Part shown: positions 56,848-64,000 of the stretch, piece after piece
Numbering within the stretch: the first letter of the stretch is position 1
Layout of the letters: each line of letters opens with the position of its first letter
Assembly: GCA_000998135.1 (NCBI GenBank)
Contig: LCCV01000001.1
Location: forward strand, 72,958 to 136,957
Reading direction: 5' to 3'
DNA length: 64,000 bases
Source of the DNA: Parcubacteria group bacterium GW2011_GWA2_42_14
Lineage (GTDB): Bacteria > Patescibacteriota > Minisyncoccia > Sungbacterales > GWA2-42-14
Notes under the pieces: model-generated
The model's database searches: none
Seen by the model: the letters and a program-made list of their open reading frames with translations, nothing else
What the model was told of the DNA's origin: nothing
Position numbers and translations under genes: made by a program

Positions 56848-57112
56848 TTTTTTAAAGCTATATTTTATATTTATATATTTAAACTATTATTGTTATTAGA
56901 TATTCAATTTTTGTTAATTAGTATAAAAATCATTTATTTATTTCATTTTTTGATTTTTTATCTTGTGTTTAAGATATAAAAGATATTGTTGATAACTTAT
57001 ATATAAATTTTTAACTTATTTTATATATATACATTTTACGGATTAAATTAATAAGTGTTGCTCAGGAGATTACCATGTTTTTACTATAGTGATTAACATA
57101 TTTATCAACATA
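56848..57112. promoter_or_regulatory. Putative chromosomal origin (oriC): an extremely AT-rich dnaA-dnaN spacer with DnaA-box-like 9-mers (tgttgataa at 56987-56995; ttatcaaca at 57102-57110)
   Basis: Classic dnaA-dnaN context, a ~110-bp run of nearly pure A/T (a DNA-unwinding-element candidate), and near-consensus TTATC[CA]ACA boxes. Another box-like TTATCCATA lies upstream of dnaA at ~58541. Confidence 0.5.
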
Positions 57113-58504
57113 TTACGAAGTATACATTTTTTCTTTTATAATTTTTATTTCTTCTTCTAAATCCAAATTAGATTTAATATTAGACAATATTTTTTTATAA
57201 GCATGAATGGCCGTAGTGTGGTCTTTTTTTCCTATTTTTTCTCCAATAAAAGGAAAAGAACATTTTAATTCTTCTCTTAAAAGATACATGGCTATTTGTC
57301 TTGGTTTCACGACTTCTTTTTTTCTTGATTTGTTCAGTATTTCTTTTTCGCTCAATTCATAAAAATCAGCCACGGTTTTAATGACTTTTTTAGGAGTGAC
57401 AAATTTTCTCGGAGCATAAATTATTTGGCTTATAATTTTTTTTACATACTCAAGTTCGGGTACGCAATTATTCATTTTTGCCGTAAGAACTATACGGTTT
57501 AGCGCTCCTTCTAATTCTCTGATGTTATTTTTTATAGTTCTGGCAATATAATCAAGAATATCTTCCGGAATTACTATGCCGGTTTTTTCCATTTTAATTT
57601 TAAGAATCGTCAGTTTGGTTTCATAATCAGGTTCTCCTATGTCCGCAATCATACCTCCTTCAAAACGAGATTTGAGCCTAGCTTCCAGTGTCGCGATTGC
57701 CGCCGGGGGTCGGTCTGAAGATATTATTATTTGTTTATTTTTTTCATATAACGCGTTAAAGGTATGGAAGAATTCTTCCTGCATTTTTTCCGTCCTGGCG
57801 ATGAATTGAATGTCATCCATTATTAAAAAATCATAAGCCCGATATTTTTCTTTTAATTGATTCATTTCCTGGTTTTTTAGGGCTTCCACTATTTCGCCCA
57901 TGAATTTTTCGGAAGAAACGTATTTTACTTTAGCTTTGGGATTCTGTTTTATTATTTCGTTTCCTATCGCTTGTATCAAGTGTGTTTTACCTAGTCCCAC
58001 TCCGCCATATAAAAAGAGCGGGTTATAAATTCCCGGCTTTATTACTATTGACTTTGCCGCAGCATGCGCCAGTTCGTTAAATGAGCCCACGATGAAAGAA
58101 TCAAAAGTATATTTGGGATTGAGGCTTGTTTCAGGGTTTATATTCAGGTCTTTAAGTTCGAATTCGGAAGAAAAAGATATGTCGTTTGCTGGTTTTACGG
58201 AAACCCTGGCAATTGTAGGCAAACCGTATTTGGTGTCGTTTTTTTGTGTTGCAAGCTGTTTTGTTCCGATTACGTAACTCACTTCTTTTACTTGGGAATT
58301 TATATTTCTAACAGCTCTTAATACGAATTTATTGTATTTATTTTCCAGCCATTCTTTTACAAATCCGTTAGGAACGGAAACAGAAACCCTATGGCCGTCC
58401 ATTTCAATTGCAGAAGTGTCTTTGAACCAAGTAAGAAAGGCCGCCCGGCTTATATTGAGTTCTATTTCGGCCAAAGCCGTTTTCCATAAATCATTAAGCT
58501 CCAT
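57113..58504 (-). CDS. dnaA: Chromosomal replication initiator DnaA
   Basis: AAA+ motifs GGVGLGKTHL and LIMDDIQF; C-terminal DnaA-box-binding domain. Confidence 0.95.
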   Translation of the reverse strand: MELNDLWKTALAEIELNISRAAFLTWFKDTSAIEMDGHRVSVSVPNGFVKEWLENKYNKFVLRAVRNINSQVKEVSYVIGTKQLATQKNDTKYGLPTIARVSVKPANDISFSSEFELKDLNINPETSLNPKYTFDSFIVGSFNELAHAAAKSIVIKPGIYNPLFLYGGVGLGKTHLIQAIGNEIIKQNPKAKVKYVSSEKFMGEIVEALKNQEMNQLKEKYRAYDFLIMDDIQFIARTEKMQEEFFHTFNALYEKNKQIIISSDRPPAAIATLEARLKSRFEGGMIADIGEPDYETKLTILKIKMEKTGIVIPEDILDYIARTIKNNIRELEGALNRIVLTAKMNNCVPELEYVKKIISQIIYAPRKFVTPKKVIKTVADFYELSEKEILNKSRKKEVVKPRQIAMYLLREELKCSFPFIGEKIGKKDHTTAIHAYKKILSNIKSNLDLEEEIKIIKEKMYTS

Positions 58505-58680
58505 AATCTCTAATCAATCTCTAATTTTTCCGCGAATTATCCATAATTCGCGATTATTTGAGATATCTTATTAACGGGTAATTCGAGATTTTCAAAACAC
58601 CTTTGTATTATAAATTGAATACGCAATACGGCAAAATTTCATAAACTGAATAATATGTTGAGAGACTGTTAATAACTCAA

Positions 58681-58760
58681 CCGACAACTTATAACCTACA
58701 ACCAATAACACGTTTCGCCGTTTAGCTGTTATGGGTTGTCAGTTGTCAGTTGTTAGTTTA
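58681..58760. repeat. Palindromic (acaac...)n / (gttgt...)n motif repeat flanking rpmH on the 5' side. A partner lies at 58910-58968, with family members at 23393-23465, 49961-50037, 47914-47972 and 5897-5940.
   Basis: The left half is tandem caac/acaac-type units and the right half is their reverse complement (gttgtaagttgtaag). Confidence 0.65.
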
Positions 58761-58770
58761 TATTATATGT

Positions 58771-58908
58771 ATGTCTATCACGTATCAGCCAAAAAAGAGA
58801 AAAAGAAAAAAGGTTCATGGATTTTTGAAAAGGATGGCCACGCCGACAGGAAGAAGGGTATTAAACCGGAGAAGGGGGAAAGGGAGAAAGAAGATTACTG
58901 TGGTATAA
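58771..58908 (+). CDS. rpmH: 50S ribosomal protein L34
   Basis: Manual translation gives [45 protein letters not shown] (compare E. coli [44 protein letters not shown]). The ORF track lists a different, overlapping frame (58731-58913). Confidence 0.85.
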   Translation: MSITYQPKKRKRKKVHGFLKRMATPTGRRVLNRRRGKGRKKITVV

Positions 58909-58975
58909 ACTAACAACTAACAACTCACAACCAACAATGCGTGTTGTAAGTTATGGGTTGTAAGTTACGAAAAGT

Positions 58976-59329
58976 TTGGCTCTTCCCAGGCAATTCAGAT
59001 TAAAAAGAAAAGACGTCAGAAATGTTTTTATGGGTTCGCGCAGATTTTCTTCTGTCATCGGCACTTTTTTTTTGAAAAAGAATGGTTTTTTGTTTAATCG
59101 GTTTGGTTTTGCCGTGCCGGTCTCAGTGTCAAAAAAATCCAACGCAAGGAACAGGATAAAAAGAATGGCGGTCGAATGGACGTGTGCGCATTTTCGTGAA
59201 GTTGCCGGCGGCTTTGATGTTTTGGTCATTTTCAAAAAAGAAGTTGTAAATTTGAACAAAAAGGAATTTTATAAGCATCTGCGGGCGTCTTTTATTAATG
59301 CAGGGATTTTTAAGGGCTCTGCTCGTTAA
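58976..59329 (+). CDS. rnpA: Ribonuclease P protein component (TTG start)
   Basis: Basic N-terminus with RLKRKDVRNVF; the conserved rpmH-rnpA-yidD-yidC gene order. Confidence 0.8.
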   Translation: MALPRQFRLKRKDVRNVFMGSRRFSSVIGTFFLKKNGFLFNRFGFAVPVSVSKKSNARNRIKRMAVEWTCAHFREVAGGFDVLVIFKKEVVNLNKKEFYKHLRASFINAGIFKGSAR

Positions 59330-59404
59330 TTAACCACTAACAACCTCTTGAATCGTTGCGAATCGCAAGCAAGATTTATTCGAAAAAAATCAAGGACAAA
59401 ATTA

Positions 59405-59671
59405 ATGAATTATCAGAGAAATATGTTTTTAGCAATCATTATTAATTTAATAAAATTTTACCAAAAAATATTTTCTCCAGACCACGGGATTTTTAAAAAT
59501 GTTTTTGGATATTCAAGGTGCAGATTTTATCCTTCTTGTTCAGTTTATACACTTGAAGCTGTCAGTCAATATGGACTTTCTCTCGGTATTATGTTATCGC
59601 TAAAGAGAATTTTCAAATGCAATCCATTCAATGAAGGAGGTTATGATCCGGTAGTAAGGCGATTCGAATGA
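59405..59671 (+). CDS. yidD: Membrane protein insertion efficiency factor YidD
   Basis: CRFYPSCSVY motif. Start at MNYQRNMF. Confidence 0.85.
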   Translation: MNYQRNMFLAIIINLIKFYQKIFSPDHGIFKNVFGYSRCRFYPSCSVYTLEAVSQYGLSLGIMLSLKRIFKCNPFNEGGYDPVVRRFE

Positions 59672-59765
59672 CTCAAATTTTGCACGCGAATGACTCGAAT
59701 ATTTATGGCGGGTTAGGTTGAGTTATTAGAATCATTCGGGTGTCATTTGTATATTAGAGTCGCTT

Positions 59766-60494
59766 TTGATTTTGAATCCACTAATGCTTATCTATAATGA
59801 AGTTATTTACAGGCCGTTTTTAAACGGTCTTATTTTAATTTATTCGTTTTTGCCCGTACACGATATGGGTTTGGCAATTGTTATTTTTACCGTTTTGATA
59901 CGCGTTCTTATTTATCCTTTAAGCCATTATTCTTTGAAGGCCCAGAAAAAAATGGTTGTTATTCAGCCAAAAATCAAGGAAATTCAGGAAAAATACAAAG
60001 ATAAAAAAGAAGAACAGACACGCCGCATAATGGAATTATATAAGGAGCATAAAACCAATCCTTTTTCCGGATGCGTTTTGCTGATTTTGCAGTTGCCGGT
60101 TTTTATAGCCCTTTTTCAGGTTTTTCGTTATGGTTTTGATGTTTCATCTTTTTCATATCTTTATTCTTTTATGCCCCACCCGGACTCTATCAACCCTCTT
60201 TTTTTGGGAATTATTGATGTTACCAAAAGAAATATTTTTTTGTCGGTTCTTGTCGGGGCAAGTCAATATGTTCAAGCATTAACTATGCCGCAGCCCCAAA
60301 TTGGTGGCGGAGAGCAGGGTTCAAGTTTTGCCGGCGAATTTAGCAAAGCGATGCAGGCCAATACGAAATATATGCTGCCGATATTTATGGCATTTATTTC
60401 GTTTTCACTACCTTCGGCTTTGGCTCTCTACTTTACAGTTTCCAATGTTTTTGTTATACTGCAGCAGATGATTGTAAATAGAAAAACACAATGA
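59766..60494 (+). CDS. yidC: YidC/Oxa1-family membrane protein insertase (short form)
   Basis: Five transmembrane helices; conserved YidC core in synteny with yidD. Confidence 0.85.
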   Translation: MILNPLMLIYNEVIYRPFLNGLILIYSFLPVHDMGLAIVIFTVLIRVLIYPLSHYSLKAQKKMVVIQPKIKEIQEKYKDKKEEQTRRIMELYKEHKTNPFSGCVLLILQLPVFIALFQVFRYGFDVSSFSYLYSFMPHPDSINPLFLGIIDVTKRNIFLSVLVGASQYVQALTMPQPQIGGGEQGSSFAGEFSKAMQANTKYMLPIFMAFISFSLPSALALYFTVSNVFVILQQMIVNRKTQ

Positions 60495-60613
60495 TGCCAA
60501 TCTATAAATGAAATGTTAACTCTATAAATTATGAATTAGTTTTTCCTACAAATTACGAATTTTGCCGAATTACGAATTCGTAATTCGAATCCATTCATAA
60601 TTTATAGGATAAT

Positions 60614-61060
60614 ATGGAGCAGGCAAAAGAAAAAATTAAAGAGATGCTTACTATAATCGGAATTAATGCGGAGGTTGAAATTAAAGAACCGGGCGGATTT
60701 GAAACCGCCCATTTGGCAATTACGACAGATGATGCCCGGCTTTTGATAGGGCAAGGCGGTCAAAATTTACATTCATTTGAACATATTCTCAAAAGAATTC
60801 TTCATAAGAAACTTGGAACACTTCCCGCGTTTTATATTGATGTGAACGGATACAGGATGAACCGCATGGAAGAGTTAAGGGAAGAAGCAAGAGGCGTAGC
60901 CAAGAAAGTCAGGCTTTATCGCAAGGAAATTTGCCTTAGGCCGATGAATTCTTTTGAGAGAAGGGTGGTTCATACGGTTTTGGCTGAGTACCCCGATATT
61001 ACTACGGAGTCGGTCGGTGAAGATTTAAGTAGGGCGGTGGTTATTAAGCCGCTTCCATAA
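60614..61060 (+). CDS. Jag/KhpB RNA-binding protein (KH + R3H)
   Basis: C-terminal R3H (ICLRPMNSFERRVVH); downstream of yidC. Confidence 0.8.
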   Translation: MEQAKEKIKEMLTIIGINAEVEIKEPGGFETAHLAITTDDARLLIGQGGQNLHSFEHILKRILHKKLGTLPAFYIDVNGYRMNRMEELREEARGVAKKVRLYRKEICLRPMNSFERRVVHTVLAEYPDITTESVGEDLSRAVVIKPLP

Positions 61061-61236
61061 AATTTTCAATAAATTATTAAATTTATAAATTTTCAAACAC
61101 ACCGCGCCTCGTAATTGAAAACTAAATCGATTAAACTGTTTTAAAATTTTTTGTCTTATTACGCCAGAAACTGAAGGTTTCGGCATTGCTTTTTGAGACT
61201 GTTGCCGAATGACCCTTTTCCATTTAATTGTAATTT

Positions 61237-61270
61237 AAAAGCCCGCATTAATATGCGGGCTTTTGTTTTA
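61237..61270. terminator. Bidirectional terminator (aaaagcccgcattaatatgcgggcttttg) between jag and the convergent TolB-like gene
   Basis: Seen directly. Confidence 0.7.
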
Positions 61271-61290
61271 ATGCTATTATTGATAGATTC

Positions 61291-62472
61291 TTACAGCTTT
61301 AATCTCCACAATGTTTCGTCGTTTTTATCCTGGAAGAACAAAAATTGGTTATCCTGTGAAAGAAAAAGGTTGAACGCGTCAAAATTTTTCTCAGTATATA
61401 CTTCTTTTATTGAAATATTTCCCGATTGGCTATTGGCGGTATCGATTTGAACAAACCGGTCCTGGAAGAAACCGGTTCCCATGTACCAGTCGTCCGGCAG
61501 AATTCCGAAAAGGGTTATATTTTTTGGGACGGCGCAAAAAATTGAGGAGCCGTCCTTTTTAAAGACGCATTTTTCCGGAAGAGTCTGGGTTTCTATTTCT
61601 TGCGAATCGCTTCCGTCAATTTTGGAAAAATAAAGTTTGAGGTTTTTGCCCGAAGAGTTCGTTCCGGCAAAAAGCATGTTTTGTGCGTCTGGTGAGGGAA
61701 GAATTGTTAACCCGTAACTTTCAGTGAATATTTTGTTGAAAGTTTTTTTTGTCCTGTCGTAATAGAATAAAATTCCCGGAGCAGCCCCTGAAGGGCGCGA
61801 TGCCAGAAGTATTTTATCTTTGCTTGTCCAAAAAATATTAAAGTCCGGAATTGGTGTTGCATAAACTACTGCCGGTTTCTGGGCTTTATCGTCGGTGATG
61901 GTCAGATTAAATGACTCTTTTTGGTTGATGAAGTAAGCAATTTCTTTGCCGTCCGGGGACCAGCCGGTTGTGGTAACGCTTGCGGGGAGGAAAATAACTC
62001 CGCTGGTTGCGGTTGAACTTATGAATCTTTTCGCGGTCCCGGATTCAATATAGGTCAAAATTGCCGCTTCTTTATCAGGATTTTGCCACAAGGCCTCCAG
62101 TAGGCCGAGTATGGTGATGGTAGAAAGTTTCTCCTCATTTTTGCCGTCAAGCCCGACTGCTTCAAGGTTTCCGCCGGCCTTAGCGTAATAAAGAATTTTG
62201 GTTCCGTCTTGGGAAAGCGCCGGCGAAATAATCGGTTTGGAAACTATTTGAATAAGTTTTTGCTCTCTTTCCAATTCTTCTCTGGTTTTGGGCAGTTTAG
62301 GGGGTGTAGGCGGTGTTATGGTTATGCGGCGGGTTCCCGGTATGGGCAGTCCTCCGAATAAATCATTTATAGCTTTATCTCCCCCGCCGTAGAAATAATA
62401 ATAAGCCAGTCCTCCGAGGACAAGGAGGCCGGTTATGGCGCTGGTAATTTTGATGAGTTTTTTTCTTTCCAT
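61291..62472 (-). CDS. TolB-like periplasmic beta-propeller (PD40 repeats) protein
   Basis: N-terminal transmembrane or signal segment; repeated DGxK(I/E)... PD40 motifs (DGTKILYY, SPDGKEIAYF). Confidence 0.65.
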   Translation of the reverse strand: MERKKLIKITSAITGLLVLGGLAYYYFYGGGDKAINDLFGGLPIPGTRRITITPPTPPKLPKTREELEREQKLIQIVSKPIISPALSQDGTKILYYAKAGGNLEAVGLDGKNEEKLSTITILGLLEALWQNPDKEAAILTYIESGTAKRFISSTATSGVIFLPASVTTTGWSPDGKEIAYFINQKESFNLTITDDKAQKPAVVYATPIPDFNIFWTSKDKILLASRPSGAAPGILFYYDRTKKTFNKIFTESYGLTILPSPDAQNMLFAGTNSSGKNLKLYFSKIDGSDSQEIETQTLPEKCVFKKDGSSIFCAVPKNITLFGILPDDWYMGTGFFQDRFVQIDTANSQSGNISIKEVYTEKNFDAFNLFLSQDNQFLFFQDKNDETLWRLKL

Positions 62473-62603
62473 AGCTTTACGAATTACGAATTTTTACCTA
62501 GTCCGTTAAACGGGTTAGGACGAATTTAAGAATCGATATATTCTAACTTTAATATTCGTACATTCGTACTGATTAGTAATTCGTAAATATTTATTAATAC
62601 ATA

Positions 62604-63032
62604 TTAGGGTTTCAAATATTTACTTAAGTCTAGATTAGTAAATCCCTTGACCAAGTCCGGATTTATGGTATAAAGCAGAACATAAGAAAATGCCGCGAGC
62701 AAAAGGCCGTAAATGGCGTTTGAAATCCAGCCCTTGGCTTCTCCAAGTTTTGAAGGGTTGCCTGCGGCAACTATATAAAGAACTCCGCCGTAAACCATTG
62801 CTCCTAAAGCCGCAATTCCCACCAAGCCCAGAAGGTATTGGTAGAGATTGTCAAGATAGCCGGAGTAGCTTAGCGCCAAATACGGCGAGGCCGTTTGGGC
62901 CGTTGCTTCAACAACCACGCATTCTCCCTGGGTTTTGGTTGGGCAGGTGTTTTTGGCGTAAGAAATTTGTACCAACAGAACAGCTGACAAGATAAGTATG
63001 AGAAAAATTGTAATGTGTTTAAATATCTTCAT
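62604..63032 (-). CDS. Pilin-like / VirB2-TrbC-like small secreted two-helix membrane protein
   Basis: Signal peptide, Cys pair, two long hydrophobic helices (LGLVGIAALGAMVYGGVLYIVAAG). Confidence 0.4.
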   Translation of the reverse strand: MKIFKHITIFLILILSAVLLVQISYAKNTCPTKTQGECVVVEATAQTASPYLALSYSGYLDNLYQYLLGLVGIAALGAMVYGGVLYIVAAGNPSKLGEAKGWISNAIYGLLLAAFSYVLLYTINPDLVKGFTNLDLSKYLKP

Positions 63033-63247
63033 AATTTCTAATTAACCCAATTTCTAATTACCTGATAAAATACCGTAAGAATTTCTAATTGTCTAATTCA
63101 CCTAATTTCTAATAAAATAACCAAATTCCAAAATTTTAAATTAAGTATTTAAGAATTAGAAATTTTATTAGGTGAATTAGGTAATTAGGAATTAGGTGAA
63201 TTTTCATCATGGTTAATTAGAATAATAATTAGGTTTTTTTGGATTTT

Positions 63248-64000
63248 TCATCTATATCTCAGTCGAAAGGAGCTTGATACCGTTCCCCCGTTTCTAATTT
63301 TTTTATTTTCAACATTTAGCTGGATAAATTGTTCCGGAACGGAGCCGCTTTCAGAGCGTACGGAAAGGATGTTTGGCGAAGCGGGCTCTTTTGACGGCAC
63401 ATTTCTACTCCCCAGCTGCCATTGATAAGAAAGGTCGGACTCCGCGGTTGGCGGAAAAAAGAATAATTCAGCTATAAAATCAAGGATGGAAGCCGGAGCC
63501 GCCTCCAGAAAATCAATGTTTTTAGAAAAATCAATCCCTTCTAAAGGTTTAATTTGATAAAATTGGACTTTGGGCGTTACCGCGCTTATAGATACCGTTT
63601 TTTCTTTTTTAATGGCGCCGGACATATTTTCGGCCCTCACTGTAATGTTTTCCGTTATACCTTGAAACTGCGGAGAAAATACATAAGTTGACTTGCCGAA
63701 ACCGGATTTATTAACAACCGGCCCGTCATTGAATAACCACTTATAAATAAGATTGTTGGCGGGAATACCGGTTATTTCCGGAAGGGCGAGGATGGTTACT
63801 TTTGAATGAATAGAAGGCAGCGCTTTGCCCTTATACCATTGCGGAGTTATGGCATCGGTCCACCAGTAATAGGAAAGGTCATTTACGCGGATGGTCAGCG
63901 ATTGGGAATTGGTTGTTCCTTCCGGAAGCGTTATGTTTACCCGCACCCGATAGCTTTCGCCGAGTTTTCCTGTTTCCAAGTCAAAACTTTTTTCGCCGAT
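63248..64000 (-). CDS. Large secreted or surface protein (C-terminal part only; the N-terminus lies beyond the window)
   Basis: The ORF is open to the window edge on the minus strand. Confidence 0.5.
   Translation of the reverse strand: MGEKSFDLETGKLGESYRVRVNITLPEGTTNSQSLTIRVNDLSYYWWTDAITPQWYKGKALPSIHSKVTILALPEITGIPANNLIYKWLFNDGPVVNKSGFGKSTYVFSPQFQGITENITVRAENMSGAIKKEKTVSISAVTPKVQFYQIKPLEGIDFSKNIDFLEAAPASILDFIAELFFFPPTAESDLSYQWQLGSRNVPSKEPASPNILSVRSESGSVPEQFIQLNVENKKIRNGGTVSSSFRLRYR

Overview
This is an AT-rich bacterial chromosomal segment containing the replication-origin neighbourhood. The gene order dnaN<-dnaA | rpmH-rnpA-yidD-yidC-jag is present, with an AT-rich DnaA-box region between dnaA and dnaN. 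Coding density is high and mostly housekeeping. It includes polA, mutM (TTG start), holA, rpsT, uvrB, ruvA, ruvB-yebC-ruvC, tyrS (with S4 domain), a class A PBP, tgt, rseP, a TrmH-family methyltransferase, tsaE, a fused E1 alpha/beta TPP dehydrogenase, a PHP/TrpH-like phosphoesterase, FemAB plus a Mur-family ligase, a PilB/GspE ATPase, three RelE/ParE-type toxin-antitoxin pairs, and one tRNA-Arg(CCG). The gene content and the small or fused proteins suggest a reduced-genome, Patescibacteria/CPR-like organism; this is inference. The most unusual aspect is repeat biology. Several families of short palindromic elements built from tandem short motifs fill the intergenic spacers. At least one ~90-bp element is inserted in frame into two unrelated essential genes, tsaE and the Mur ligase, and uvrB carries an in-frame perfect 33-bp palindrome plus simple-repeat insertions. 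This resembles the Rickettsia palindromic element phenomenon. Other points of interest are a GC-rich, highly structured, mostly non-coding island around the tRNA-Arg (5.2-6.75 kb) that contains two Shine-Dalgarno-led mini-ORFs, and a 29-34 kb accessory cluster (two GNATs, RibD_C, a frameshifted NYN gene, a toxin-antitoxin pair, a YkuK RNase-H-like gene plus a DEDDh exonuclease). There is also a plus-strand-specific RNA hairpin candidate at ~32.0 kb, an rpmH gene that the ORF track missed because it reports the wrong frame, and probable frameshifted or fragmentary genes (an MBOAT remnant and NYN). No CRISPR array, rRNA, integrase or transposase was seen. I did not find a clear-cut named defense system; the findings below are the leads worth checking.
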